A stretch of DNA of 53,327 nt, from positions 24,800 through 78,126 of the forward strand of contig CAYPGZ010000001.1 in the NCBI GenBank assembly GCA_964410335.1, given 5' to 3'. Shown here in pieces: positions 7,167-16,923 of this stretch. Within the stretch, counting starts at the first letter, position 1. Each line of letters starts with the position of its first letter. The translations under genes were made by a program, and so were the position numbers. This DNA is from an uncultured Flavobacteriaceae bacterium (GTDB lineage: Bacteria; Bacteroidota; Bacteroidia; Flavobacteriales; Flavobacteriaceae). The notes beneath the pieces were generated by a model. The model made no database searches and was not told the origin of the DNA. It saw only the letters and a list, made by a program, of their open reading frames with translations.

Positions 7167-9839
7167 TTAAGCTTTGCTTTCCTTTGAAAAAAGCATGCGT
7201 TTAATTTCGTTCAATTTCATCAAAGCTTCTACCGGCGTGAGGGTATCGATGTCGAGATGACGGATTTCCTCTTTTAAATCTTCCAACAAGGGATCGTCCA
7301 ACTTAAAGAAACTCAATTGCGGTTCTTCCTCAGTAGCGGATTTTAATTTCCCTACCAATTCATCACTACCGTGAGATTTTTCGAGTTTTTTCAAGATTTT
7401 ATTTGCTCGATGCAAGACGTGTTGGGGCATTCCCGCCATTTTGGCCACATGAATACCAAAACTGTGTTTGCTGCCTCCCGGAATCAATTTTCGCAAAAAC
7501 AGTACATTGTCTTTTAATTCTTTAACCGAAACATTATAGTTTTTAATCCGGGGGAAGGTTTCGGCCATTTCGTTTAATTCGTGATAATGCGTTGCAAATA
7601 GAGTTTTTGCGCGCGAAGGATGTTCGTGCAAATATTCGCTAATGGCCCAAGCAATCGAAATTCCGTCATAGGTGCTGGTACCGCGTCCAATTTCATCCAA
7701 AAGAACCAAACTCCTTTCCGAGAGATTGTTCAAAATACTTGCGGTTTCATTCATTTCTACCATAAAAGTAGATTCTCCCATCGAAATATTGTCGCTCGCA
7801 CCTACTCGCGTGAAAATCTTGTCCACCAAACCGATTTCCACCGATTTTGCAGGAACAAAACAACCCATTTGAGCCAAGAGGACAATGAGAGCCGTTTGCC
7901 GAAGAATCGCCGATTTTCCACTCATGTTTGGACCGGTGATCATCACGATTTGTTGCTCTTCCCGATCCAGAAACAAATCATTTGAAATATAAGCTTCGCC
8001 GGGGGGAAGTTGTTTTTCGATGACCGGATGGCGTCCTTCGGAGATGTTTATGGAAAAGCCGTCGGTTATTTTTGGATGACAATAATTTTCTTCCAAAGCC
8101 AATTGCGAAAATCCACAAAGGCAATCCAAACGAGCTACTAACATGGCATTTTCCTGAACAGCTTCGATATAATCACTCATCCATATCACCAAATTTTTGA
8201 AAATTTCCTGCTCCAAGTGAAGTATTTTTTCTTCGGCACCTAAAATTTTGGATTCGTATTCCTTTAATTCTTCGGTAATATAGCGCTCAGCATTGACCAA
8301 AGTTTGTTTTCGAATCCAGTTTTCCGGAACTTTGTTTTTATGAGAATTTCGGACTTCAATATAATATCCAAAAACATTGTTGTTGGCAATTTTTAAACTG
8401 CTTATTCCGGTATTTTGGATTTCGCGTTCCAACATTTTATCCAAAAAATCCTTTCCCGAAAAAGCAATATTTCGCAATTCGTCGAGTTCTTCCGAAAAAC
8501 CTTCGGCGATGGTGTTTCCTTTGAGGATATTGACGGGTGCTTCTTCTTTTAGAGATGCTGCTATTTTTTCGCGAAGTAACTCACAGGATTGAAGTTTTTC
8601 AGAAATCAGGTTTAAAGCTTCATTACCACATTGGGCTGTTTTTTCTTTAATGGGCACAATAGCTTCAAGAGAATTTTTAAGCTGTATGGTTTCACGGGGA
8701 CTTATTTTTTGGGTTGCCACTTTAGAAATGAGTCGTTCTAAATCTCCGATTTTTTTTATCTGTACCTGAATTTGTTGACGTATTCCTTGATTTTTCAGTA
8801 AGAAATCAACAGCCTCATGGCGTTGTTTAATTTTCTGTGGATTTTTTAAGGGTAAGGCTAACCAACGTTTCAACATTCGTCCGCCCATGGGCGAAATGGT
8901 TTTGTCGATGACATCCAACAGCGTTACCGCATTTTGTGCCGTGGAATGATATAATTCGAGATTGCGGATGGTAAATTTATCCATCCATACGTATTCTCCT
9001 TCCAAAATCCGGGAGATGGAAGTGATATGTTTGAGTTTGTCATGTCTTGTTTCTCCCAAATAATGCAACACCGCTCCGGAAGCAATGCAAGCTGCTTCGA
9101 GATTTTCCACTCCAAAACCTTTGAGTGAATTGGTTTGAAAATGTTCGTTTAAGGTTTCTCGGGCGTAATCGATTTTAAAAAGCCAATCTTCCAAAAAGAA
9201 AAGATGAAAATCATCACCAAAAATATCGGCAAAGGTTTTTTTATCTTTTTTGGATACTAATATTTCACTGGGACTGAAGTTTTGAAGAAGTTTGTCCAGG
9301 TATTCCATATTTCCCTGAGAAGTCAGAAACTCACCCGTTGAAATATCCAAGAATGCGATCCCATTAGTGGTTTTTCCAAAATAAACCGCACATAGGAAAT
9401 TATTGGATTTGCTTTGCAGCACTTCATCGTTTAAAGCCACTCCGGGGGTGACCAGTTCGGTGACACCGCGCTTCACGATTTTTTTGGTTTGTTTTGGATC
9501 TTCCAATTGATCACAAATGGCCACTCTCTCACCGGCTTTCACCAATTTGGGGAGATAGGAATTGAGGGAATGATGAGGAAAACCTGCCAGTTCGGTGCGT
9601 TCGCTCCCGTTGTTTCGATTAGTCAATACGATATTTAAAATTTTGGCGGTGCGAATGGCATCCTCTCCAAAAGTTTCATAAAAATCACCCACGCGAAAAA
9701 GCAACAAAGCATCAGGATATTTTGCTTTGATAGCATTGTATTGCTTCATCAAAGGAGTGGTTTTTTGGGCGGTCTTTGCTGACAAAATGGGTAGGTTTTT
9801 GAGGAAAGCTAAGATAATCTTTTTGTTGGTTTCTAACAA
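7167..9839 (-). CDS. mutS: DNA mismatch repair protein MutS
   Basis: 890-aa ORF; [29 protein letters not shown]-terminus; Walker A GPNMSGKS; [12 protein letters not shown]; HELN. Start uncertain: the ORF ATG at 9839 leaves only 20-47 bp to the divergent gene. An in-frame TTG at 9795 ([16 protein letters not shown]) or the ATG at 9749 are alternatives. Confidence 0.92.
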   Translation of the reverse strand: MLETNKKIILAFLKNLPILSAKTAQKTTPLMKQYNAIKAKYPDALLLFRVGDFYETFGEDAIRTAKILNIVLTNRNNGSERTELAGFPHHSLNSYLPKLVKAGERVAICDQLEDPKQTKKIVKRGVTELVTPGVALNDEVLQSKSNNFLCAVYFGKTTNGIAFLDISTGEFLTSQGNMEYLDKLLQNFSPSEILVSKKDKKTFADIFGDDFHLFFLEDWLFKIDYARETLNEHFQTNSLKGFGVENLEAACIASGAVLHYLGETRHDKLKHITSISRILEGEYVWMDKFTIRNLELYHSTAQNAVTLLDVIDKTISPMGGRMLKRWLALPLKNPQKIKQRHEAVDFLLKNQGIRQQIQVQIKKIGDLERLISKVATQKISPRETIQLKNSLEAIVPIKEKTAQCGNEALNLISEKLQSCELLREKIAASLKEEAPVNILKGNTIAEGFSEELDELRNIAFSGKDFLDKMLEREIQNTGISSLKIANNNVFGYYIEVRNSHKNKVPENWIRKQTLVNAERYITEELKEYESKILGAEEKILHLEQEIFKNLVIWMSDYIEAVQENAMLVARLDCLCGFSQLALEENYCHPKITDGFSINISEGRHPVIEKQLPPGEAYISNDLFLDREEQQIVMITGPNMSGKSAILRQTALIVLLAQMGCFVPAKSVEIGLVDKIFTRVGASDNISMGESTFMVEMNETASILNNLSERSLVLLDEIGRGTSTYDGISIAWAISEYLHEHPSRAKTLFATHYHELNEMAETFPRIKNYNVSVKELKDNVLFLRKLIPGGSKHSFGIHVAKMAGMPQHVLHRANKILKKLEKSHGSDELVGKLKSATEEEPQLSFFKLDDPLLEDLKEEIRHLDIDTLTPVEALMKLNEIKRMLFSKESKA

Positions 9840-9874
9840 AAGGAGACATCGGCATTTTCTTGATTTTCCTTTTT

Positions 9875-9882
9875 TATTTTTG
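9875..9882 (+). promoter_or_regulatory. candidate -7 box (TATTTTTG) for the TrmH-family gene
   Basis: Exact TAnnTTTG; the G is 5 nt before the A of the ATG at 9887 (leaderless geometry). Confidence 0.4.
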
Positions 9883-9886
9883 TGCT

Positions 9887-10450
9887 ATGCAAAATCGAAA
9901 ACTAAAGAACAGCGAATTGGGACGAAAATCTCCCGCAGAATTTAAATCAGCTGAAAAAACGCCATTGATTATTATTTTGGATAACGTCCGAAGCTTACAC
10001 AATGTCGGCTCGGTTTTTCGCACCGCCGATTCTTTTTTGTTGAAAAAAATATATCTCTGTGGGATAACGGCCACACCTCCTCATAAAGATATTCGTAAAA
10101 CCGCTTTGGGCGCGGATGAAACAGTGGAATGGGAATATGTAAAAGATACTTTTGAGTTGGTGCAACAGCTGCAAAAAGAAAAGATTCAAATACTGGTGGT
10201 TGAACAGGCAGAGAATGCTACTTTTCTTAATGATTTTTCACCCGAAACCGAAAAAACCTATGCCCTAGTGTTTGGAAATGAGGTAAAAGGAGTTCAGCAA
10301 AAAATTGTTTCTACAAGCGATACCGTACTGGAAATTCCTCAATTGGGAAGCAAACATTCGCTGAATATCTCTGTGAGTGTTGGCATTGTGGTTTGGGATT
10401 TATTCTGCAAGTTGGATAAATTGAAATCAGGGCATAGCCAATTCCATTAA
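9887..10450 (+). CDS. TrmH/SpoU-family RNA 2'-O-methyltransferase
   Basis: ATG at 9887 (MQNRKLKN...); SpoU motifs LDNVRSLHNVGSVFRTADSF, ALVFGNEVKGV and LEIPQLGSKHSLNISVSVGIV. The 3' end overlaps the convergent DUF819 gene by 24 nt. Confidence 0.8.
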   Translation: MQNRKLKNSELGRKSPAEFKSAEKTPLIIILDNVRSLHNVGSVFRTADSFLLKKIYLCGITATPPHKDIRKTALGADETVEWEYVKDTFELVQQLQKEKIQILVVEQAENATFLNDFSPETEKTYALVFGNEVKGVQQKIVSTSDTVLEIPQLGSKHSLNISVSVGIVVWDLFCKLDKLKSGHSQFH

Positions 10451-11689
10451 GATTGTGCTTAAAATTGCGCCATAGGTTCCGACCGCATACCCAAAAACCG
10501 CTAACAAAACTCCAACCGTAGCTAAGGAAGGATGAAAAGCTGCGGCCACCACCGGTGCAGAAGCGGCACCTCCAACATTGGCCTGACTGCCCACAGTTAA
10601 AAAGAAATAAGGAGCTTTGATAAGTTTAGCAACCAATATCAAGGATATAGCATGTATTAATATCCAGATTAAACCAATGCCAATTAAGCCGGGATTGTCA
10701 AAAACCATGGTTAAATCCATTTTCATTCCGATGGTAGCCACGAGAATATAAATAAACACACTTCCTACTTTGCTTGCTCCGGCTCCCTCATATTCCTTTG
10801 CTTTGGTGAAGGATAAAATTATTCCGATGAGCGTGGCAATGCTAATCATCCAGAAAAATTGAGAAGCAAACGAAGAAAGTGCAGAGGATTTATCGCTGAA
10901 AGCTTCAAAATTGGTGGTGAGAAAAGAAGAAATCTCATCAGCAAAAAAATGAGAAATGCCCACCGCTCCAAATCCAAGGGCAAGAATAATCATCAGGTCG
11001 CTCAAACTGGGTATGCGACTTACTTTTTCGGTATATTTTGAAACCTTTTCTTTTAGGTGAGTTATGGCACTGTTATCGGCTTTAAGCCATTTGTCGATTT
11101 TCTTTTCATATCCGATTCCCATCAATAAGATAGCCATCCAAAGATTAGCAACGACAATGTCCACCAGGACCATCCCTCCATATTTTGAAGGATTATATTG
11201 ATAGATTTCGAGCATTGCAGCCTGATTTGCTCCACCGCCAATCCAGCTGCCGGCGAGAGTAGAGAGTCCACGCCAAACAGCATCCGGACCGGCTCCGTTC
11301 AGAGTTTCCGGGGAAATGACCGAAAAAATCAAAATGGCAATTGGTCCGCCGATGATAATGCTTATCGTGCCGGTTAGGAATAGGATTAAAGCTTTGGGGC
11401 CGAGGTTAAAAACTGCTTTCAAATCAATACTTAAGGTCATTAAAACCAATGCTGCCGGCAGTAAATACCGACTCGCTATATAATAAAGATCGGTATGCGC
11501 TGCACTGATTATTCCTAATGAATTAAGAATTGCAGGGAGCAAATAACACATTAAAAGTGCCGGAACAATTTTGTAGAATTTATTCCAAAACCCGGTTTTT
11601 TTTGAGGAGGTATAAAAAACAAGTCCTAAAACCAACATCAATATGCCAAAAACCACAGTGTCGTTTTCGAAGTAAGGAATTTTTTCCAT
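10427..11689 (-). CDS. DUF819-family polytopic membrane protein
   Basis: Many TM helices; conserved WRGLSTLAGSWIGGGANQAAM segment. Start chosen at the ATG at 11689 (MEKIPYF) because a -7 box lies inside the longer ORF. Confidence 0.65.
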   Translation of the reverse strand: MEKIPYFENDTVVFGILMLVLGLVFYTSSKKTGFWNKFYKIVPALLMCYLLPAILNSLGIISAAHTDLYYIASRYLLPAALVLMTLSIDLKAVFNLGPKALILFLTGTISIIIGGPIAILIFSVISPETLNGAGPDAVWRGLSTLAGSWIGGGANQAAMLEIYQYNPSKYGGMVLVDIVVANLWMAILLMGIGYEKKIDKWLKADNSAITHLKEKVSKYTEKVSRIPSLSDLMIILALGFGAVGISHFFADEISSFLTTNFEAFSDKSSALSSFASQFFWMISIATLIGIILSFTKAKEYEGAGASKVGSVFIYILVATIGMKMDLTMVFDNPGLIGIGLIWILIHAISLILVAKLIKAPYFFLTVGSQANVGGAASAPVVAAAFHPSLATVGVLLAVFGYAVGTYGAILSTILMELAMP

Positions 11690-11704
11690 CAAAAAAATTT
11701 TTGT

Positions 11705-11712
11705 CAAACATA
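11705..11712 (-). promoter_or_regulatory. candidate -7 box (TATGTTTG) for the DUF819 gene
   Basis: caaacata on the plus strand, 15 nt upstream of the ATG at 11689. Confidence 0.35.
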
Positions 11713-12009
11713 AAAAAGTTCCTGCAAGGATAAGAAGTTTTTTGATTTTGAAGCTGATTTCGAGGAACTTTTCCAATATTTTTTGGCAAATTTGTATTGG
11801 GTGGAGGAGGTTTATTTGCCTGATATTTTCCTCAAAACTTTGAGTTTGGATTTTAAGAATTTGTAGAAATAAATGAACAAAAGCAAGCTTAAGTTTTTTG
11901 TAACCGTGTGGGCGTAGGTAATTATGACCGTAATAAAAAAAACCAAAAGAATTAAAAAGTTTAACAATATATTAACACAGATTTTTTTATTTATTTATTA
12001 TGGCTCTAT

Positions 12010-12017
12010 TAATTTTG
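12010..12017 (+). promoter_or_regulatory. candidate -7 box (TAATTTTG) for the Cys-tail lipoprotein
   Basis: Exact TAnnTTTG, 26 nt upstream of the ATG at 12044. Confidence 0.4.
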
Positions 12018-12043
12018 AATCTTGAAATCTAAAACTTAAGGTC

Positions 12044-12580
12044 ATGAAAGAATTAATTAAATTAACAGCGGTACTTTTATTGTTTGCTTTTTTTGACTCT
12101 TGCAATAAAGAAGAAATCCCTTTAAAGACAATGGAAGATCCGGCAGAAAATATTAATGAACCATCCGCGCAAAAAAGCATGGTTTATTTGCCAGAAGAAA
12201 AAATGATTTTTAAAGTTGATGATAAATCGGAAATAAAAAGATTGGTGAAAAAAGTGGCGGATGAAAAAGAAAACATACAGATCAAGTCCTCCAGATTTAC
12301 CACATTAAAGGACAGCAGGGGCGAATATAAAGCTGTTACTGCGAAATATGAAGCAGGCGACAAACTTATTAGCCTTGTCATTCCCTTGGTTCAACCTGAA
12401 GATTTATCTTTCGAAAAGGAGGGTGCTACAGTTTATTTAGTGGATGAGTGTACAATGAAATGTACTAGCGCTTGGATGTGTGATTCCTGTAAACAGGTAA
12501 TTCATGAACGATGTAAGTCCCAAACTTGTACTTGTGAATCAGGAAGTGGAGGTTGCAGTTCTAAAATTAGCTTCCCTTAA
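12044..12580 (+). CDS. hypothetical lipoprotein with 8-Cys C-terminal module
   Basis: 178 aa; lipobox LLFAFFDSC|NKE; Cys-free K/E-rich body; last 44 residues hold 8 Cys (ECTMKCTSAWMCDSCKQVIHERCKSQTCTCESGSGGC); own promoter box and terminator. Confidence 0.6.
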   Translation: MKELIKLTAVLLLFAFFDSCNKEEIPLKTMEDPAENINEPSAQKSMVYLPEEKMIFKVDDKSEIKRLVKKVADEKENIQIKSSRFTTLKDSRGEYKAVTAKYEAGDKLISLVIPLVQPEDLSFEKEGATVYLVDECTMKCTSAWMCDSCKQVIHERCKSQTCTCESGSGGCSSKISFP

Positions 12581-12609
12581 TTAAAGGTGTGTTCAAAAAT
12601 ATTTCGCAC

Positions 12610-12642
12610 AGGCTGATGAATCATTTCGTCAGCCTTTTTTTT
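12610..12642 (+). terminator. rho-independent terminator
   Basis: aggctga ... tcagcct stem followed by T8, 30 nt after the stop at 12580. Confidence 0.7.
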
Positions 12643-12689
12643 GAGTATGAGGGATGGTGTTTTACAATTTCCTTCTCACCGATACGAAG

Positions 12690-13817
12690 TTAACCCATTA
12701 TTTCCCTCAAAACCTTTAAATAATCCTCTCTATTTTCCATAAAATCCATCCCGGAAACATCGATTGTTTTCACCTTCAACTTGGACTGACTTTGGATAAA
12801 TTCCATATATCCCTTATTGAGTTTTTCCAAATATTCTGCTGTGATGCCTTGTTCATAATCACGTCCGCGCTTTTTGATGTTTTCCAAAAGACGGTCGGTA
12901 GTTTGGTATAAATAGACGTATAAATCAGGAAGGGGAAGGTTTTTGTGAATAATGTCGAACAGTTTTTTATAGAGCAAAAACTCTTCACGAGGCAACGTGA
13001 TTTCCGCAAAAATCAAGGATTTGGAGGCATCGTAATCGGAGATGGTTAATTGGTGGTTGGATTTGGGGTGATGGATTAATTGAGAATTTAATTGTTGATA
13101 GCGTTCTGCCAAAAAAGACATTTCCAATGCAAAAGCATAGCGTTGCGGTTCTTTGTAGTATTTCGGCAAAAACGGATTGTCTTTAAACCTTTCCAAAACC
13201 GGTTTACCGTTGAAATCCTCGGCAATCATTCTTGTCAAACTGCTTTTTCCCGCGCCGATAACACCTTCTATGGCGAGGTGGTTCAAGCCTTCCAAAGAAA
13301 GTTTTGGGATTTCCAGTTTTTCCTTTGTTTCTTCGATTTCGGAACGGTCAGAAGTTTTTTGAAGAAGTTCGGAGATGGATTGCTTTCTTATCGGATGTAT
13401 CAAATCCGGGGCAATATCAGCTAAAGGAGCCAAAACAAATCTCCTTTCGGACATTTTGGGGTGTGGAACAGTCAGGTTTTTATCCTGTTTTTGTTCGTTC
13501 CCAAAGAAAACAATATCCAAATCTATATTTCTATTGTCATACCCATTTTTGGACCGTACACGACCCAGTTCTTCCTCAATCCTCAATAGCTTTTCCAGGG
13601 TTTTTTCCGCCGAAAGTCTTGTGCTCACCTCAATACAAGCATTCAAAAAGTCATTGCCCTCGAAGCCCCATGCCGGGGTTTTGTATATCTTTGAAACGGC
13701 AGTGATATTTCCAATATGTTCAAAAATCAACTTCACGGCTTGTTGCAACCAGTGCATTTTATCACCACGGTTGCTTCCGAGCGCCAAATAAGTGGTTTGA
13801 TGTGGGGAATGAAGCAT
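12690..13817 (-). CDS. folK: fusion protein: 6-hydroxymethyl-7,8-dihydropterin pyrophosphokinase (HPPK) + deoxynucleoside kinase
   Basis: One uninterrupted ORF. N-terminal HPPK: YLALGSNRGD, YKTPAWGF, RNIDLDIVFF, TVPHPKMSERRFVLAPLADI. Then a linker, then dNK: P-loop IEGVIGAGKSSL, ERFKDNPFLPKYY, ALEMSFLAERYQQL. No Met at the domain junction. Start set at the ATG at 13817 (MLHSPHQTTYLALGSN) because a -7 box lies inside the longer ORF that starts at 13877. Confidence 0.8.
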   Translation of the reverse strand: MLHSPHQTTYLALGSNRGDKMHWLQQAVKLIFEHIGNITAVSKIYKTPAWGFEGNDFLNACIEVSTRLSAEKTLEKLLRIEEELGRVRSKNGYDNRNIDLDIVFFGNEQKQDKNLTVPHPKMSERRFVLAPLADIAPDLIHPIRKQSISELLQKTSDRSEIEETKEKLEIPKLSLEGLNHLAIEGVIGAGKSSLTRMIAEDFNGKPVLERFKDNPFLPKYYKEPQRYAFALEMSFLAERYQQLNSQLIHHPKSNHQLTISDYDASKSLIFAEITLPREEFLLYKKLFDIIHKNLPLPDLYVYLYQTTDRLLENIKKRGRDYEQGITAEYLEKLNKGYMEFIQSQSKLKVKTIDVSGMDFMENREDYLKVLREIMG

Positions 13818-13843
13818 AGGATTTAACAGGAAATTAAGGGGAA

Positions 13844-13851
13844 CAAAATTA
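13844..13851 (-). promoter_or_regulatory. candidate -7 box (TAATTTTG) for the folK-dNK fusion
   Basis: caaaatta on the plus strand, 26 nt upstream of the ATG at 13817. Confidence 0.4.
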
Positions 13852-13941
13852 GGTGGTTTTACCTTTGTAACTTGCAATTATTGAGATATTTCAACATAAA
13901 ATTTTAGAACATCCGCATAAAACTTGTTGACAGGCACAATC

Positions 13942-16602
13942 ATGAAAAAAGCATTAAAAATAACCGGAATTGTCGTTTTATCGCTCATCATAATCCTTTT
14001 GGTAGCTCCATTTCTTTTTGCAGGCACAATTGAAGAAGCAGTAAAAAAAGCCATCAACAAAGAAATTAACGCCGAAGTGGCGTGGGAAGATCTGAGCTTG
14101 AGCCTTTTCAGCAGCTTTCCGGATGCACAACTTAACATCAAAAATCTGAGTGTGGTCAACAAATCTCCTTTTGAGGGCGACACACTGGCACACAGTGAAA
14201 AATTGGCCTTGGATTTGGAAATTATGCAACTTTTCAGCATAGGCGAAGAGCCTTTGGCCATCAATGAGTTGAAATTAGAAAATGCTTTGGTGAACATCAA
14301 AGTGGATTCCCTGGGCCGGGCGAATTATGATATTGCCAAAGAATCTGCTTCCACCGAAACCGCCGCTGATACAGCTTCTGCGGGGCTGACTTTTGACGTA
14401 CAACATTATGCCCTCAAAGGTACCACAATCAATTACCTCGACCAAAAATCAAAAACTTTTTTGAGGGTTAAAAATTTGGATCATGAAGGAACAGGAGATT
14501 TTTCTGCTAAAAATTCCAGACTGGAAACAAAATCTAAAGCCTTGATTTCGTTTCAAATAGATAGTATGGAATATCTGAAAGAAATGCCGGTTGAACTCAT
14601 TGCCGATATCGATATGGATATGGAAAACCAAAAGTATAGTTTTTTGGAAAATCAGGCTTTAATAAACCAATTAGAACTTCAATTTGACGGATATGTAAAA
14701 ATGAATCCTGACCAACCTAACGGGGAAGCCGGCAATACCGAGGTGAATCTGACTTTCAAAACCCCTTCCTCCGATTTTAAAAACTTTTTGGCGGTGATTC
14801 CCCAGGAATATTCCAAAAATATTGAAAATGTTTCTACGACGGGAAATTTCACGATAAACGGAGAAATCAACGGAATTGTTGATGAAACCCATATTCCGAA
14901 ATTAAATATTTCGGTGCTTAGCGAGGATGCCTCTTTCAAATATCCGGATTTACCGAAAAGTGTGGAAGATATTGCCATCATAGCCAACCTGAAAAACGAA
15001 ACCGGCCTGATGGAAGACACCTATCTGACCTTGGATAAGCTGAATCTGCGAATCGATCAAGATATATTTTCTGCAAAAGGCCGCATTGACGACCTGACCG
15101 GAAACATGAAAATCAATATGGATCTTGCAGGCACACTGAATCTGGCTAACCTTGAAAAGGCTTATCCGCTGGATTTGGAGCAGGATCTCAATGGAATTCT
15201 CAAGGCAAATATGAGCGCTAACTTCGATATGGAATCTGTTGAAAAAGAGCGCTATCAAAATATAAAAACTAACGGTACAGCAAGCTTGAGCAATTTCCGT
15301 TATGTTTCTCCGGAAATCCCTAATCCGGTTAATATCGACCGGATGAAGTTGATTTTTAACACTTCCAAAATCAGTTTGCAAGAAATGACGGCTTCCAGCG
15401 GACAAACCGATGCCCGCATTTCGGGAACCTTACAAAATTTGATGGGATTCCTTTTTGCCAATTCCGATTTAAAAGGAAATTTTAGCTTGAGTTCCAATAC
15501 GTTTGCCGTGCAAGATTTCATGGTTGCTCAAACGGAGACCCCGGAAAAAGAAACCCAATCCGAAGCGAGAACTTTGTCCAACGAAACCGAACAGGCCGTA
15601 AAAATCCCTTCATTTTTGGATGTAAGCTTAGATTTTAATGCCGGAAAAGTTTTATATGATAATTTAGTGCTGGAAAATATGTCTGGAAAATTGATTTTGA
15701 AAGATGAAACCGCAACTCTTCAAAATGTATCTTCCAACATTTTTGGCGGAAAAATCGGCTTGGATGGAAATGTATCCACCAAAACCACGACTCCCGCTTT
15801 TCAGATGAATCTAGATTTGGCAAATATCAATATTGGTCAATCTTTCACTTCATTGGAACTCATACAAAACCTTGCTCCGATTGCCAAAGCTTTGCAAGGA
15901 ACTTTAAACACCAATATTCAGTTGAACGGAAATCTTAACAAGGATCTCACTCCAATTCTCACCAGTCTTGCCGGAGGAGCAATTGCCGAAGTTTTGCAGG
16001 CCGAAGTGCAGACCTCGCAAATGCCTTTATTGGCAAAGTTGGACAATCGATTGGACTTTTTGAATATCGGTGACATCGATTTGAAGGATTTGCAAACCCA
16101 ATTGGAATTCCAAGATGGAAATGTGAACCTGAAACCTTTTGATTTTGATGTCAAAGGAATACAATTCACCATTTCCGGAACCCATAGTTTTGATAATAAT
16201 ATGGAATATAATTTGGACTTGGATTTGCCCGCAAAATACCTCGGTTCTGAAGTAGGCGGAAAATTGGCCGACCTCAGTGGAGCCGACTTAGAGAATATGA
16301 TGGTGGAATTACCGGTATCAATAAGTGGAAATTTTTCCAACCCCCAGATTAAGGTGAATACGGAAAAGGCCGTAAAAACCATTACTCAGAAAATTGTTGA
16401 GGAGCAAAAAGGAAAATTGCGCGATAAAACAAAAGATAAACTGAAAGACCTTTTAGGAGGAGGAGAAAAGGAAGAACCCCAAGATCAAACTCCTTCTGAT
16501 ACTACTAAAACCCAAGAACCAAAGTCCAAAGAAGAGAAAATCAAAGAAGGAATAAAGAACATTTTTGGGGGGTTGAAAACCAAAAAAGATACCCTCAAAT
16601 AA
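13942..16602 (+). CDS. AsmA-family outer-membrane biogenesis protein
   Basis: About 886 aa from the ATG at 13942 (MKKALKITGIVVLSLIIILLVAPFLF N-terminal anchor); long beta-rich body; AsmA-like N-terminal pattern WEDLSLSLFSSFPDAQLNIKNLSV; K/E/T/Q-rich low-complexity tail. Confidence 0.7.
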   Translation: MKKALKITGIVVLSLIIILLVAPFLFAGTIEEAVKKAINKEINAEVAWEDLSLSLFSSFPDAQLNIKNLSVVNKSPFEGDTLAHSEKLALDLEIMQLFSIGEEPLAINELKLENALVNIKVDSLGRANYDIAKESASTETAADTASAGLTFDVQHYALKGTTINYLDQKSKTFLRVKNLDHEGTGDFSAKNSRLETKSKALISFQIDSMEYLKEMPVELIADIDMDMENQKYSFLENQALINQLELQFDGYVKMNPDQPNGEAGNTEVNLTFKTPSSDFKNFLAVIPQEYSKNIENVSTTGNFTINGEINGIVDETHIPKLNISVLSEDASFKYPDLPKSVEDIAIIANLKNETGLMEDTYLTLDKLNLRIDQDIFSAKGRIDDLTGNMKINMDLAGTLNLANLEKAYPLDLEQDLNGILKANMSANFDMESVEKERYQNIKTNGTASLSNFRYVSPEIPNPVNIDRMKLIFNTSKISLQEMTASSGQTDARISGTLQNLMGFLFANSDLKGNFSLSSNTFAVQDFMVAQTETPEKETQSEARTLSNETEQAVKIPSFLDVSLDFNAGKVLYDNLVLENMSGKLILKDETATLQNVSSNIFGGKIGLDGNVSTKTTTPAFQMNLDLANINIGQSFTSLELIQNLAPIAKALQGTLNTNIQLNGNLNKDLTPILTSLAGGAIAEVLQAEVQTSQMPLLAKLDNRLDFLNIGDIDLKDLQTQLEFQDGNVNLKPFDFDVKGIQFTISGTHSFDNNMEYNLDLDLPAKYLGSEVGGKLADLSGADLENMMVELPVSISGNFSNPQIKVNTEKAVKTITQKIVEEQKGKLRDKTKDKLKDLLGGGEKEEPQDQTPSDTTKTQEPKSKEEKIKEGIKNIFGGLKTKKDTLK

Positions 16603-16923
16603 TTTTAGGCTTATAGAAAAACACCTGAGAGGATTTTTTTTATTAAAGAAAAATTGATTAACTCATTTATAAAAACAATGAGAATTTCTTGTTTTTTCGC
16701 TCTTAAATCGGTATCCTGCGGTTTTTAAAGGAAAAAATGACTTACAACAAAGAGGGATTAAAAATATAAAATCCCGATTTTCTTTCTCCGGCATTTGCAG
16801 AAGCCGGACAGTATGAGTCTTTAAAAATAATTTTTCTGTGTTTTTTGAAAATAAGAAAAATTGATTTCCTTTTGTTTTATAAATCACTAATAATAAACAC
16901 GTTAATCATTAAATAAACCATTT

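Noticed and set aside
13878-14300. 140-aa minus-strand ORF and many similar 60-180-aa antisense or off-frame ORFs inside large genes (e.g. 1669-2004, 15918-16382, 33190-33609, 41662-42213, 23092-23484)
   Set aside because: Each is fully embedded in a CDS with strong family motifs on the other strand or frame. They lack promoter boxes and signal or domain features. The Ala/Pro/Ser-rich composition is typical of shadow ORFs.
16663-16887. 74-aa minus-strand ORF in the AsmA-rpsU spacer
   Set aside because: Low-complexity K/F/L-rich sequence with no promoter box, no recognisable domain, and multiple hairpins and repeats across it. The region is reported instead as a possibly structured non-coding spacer.
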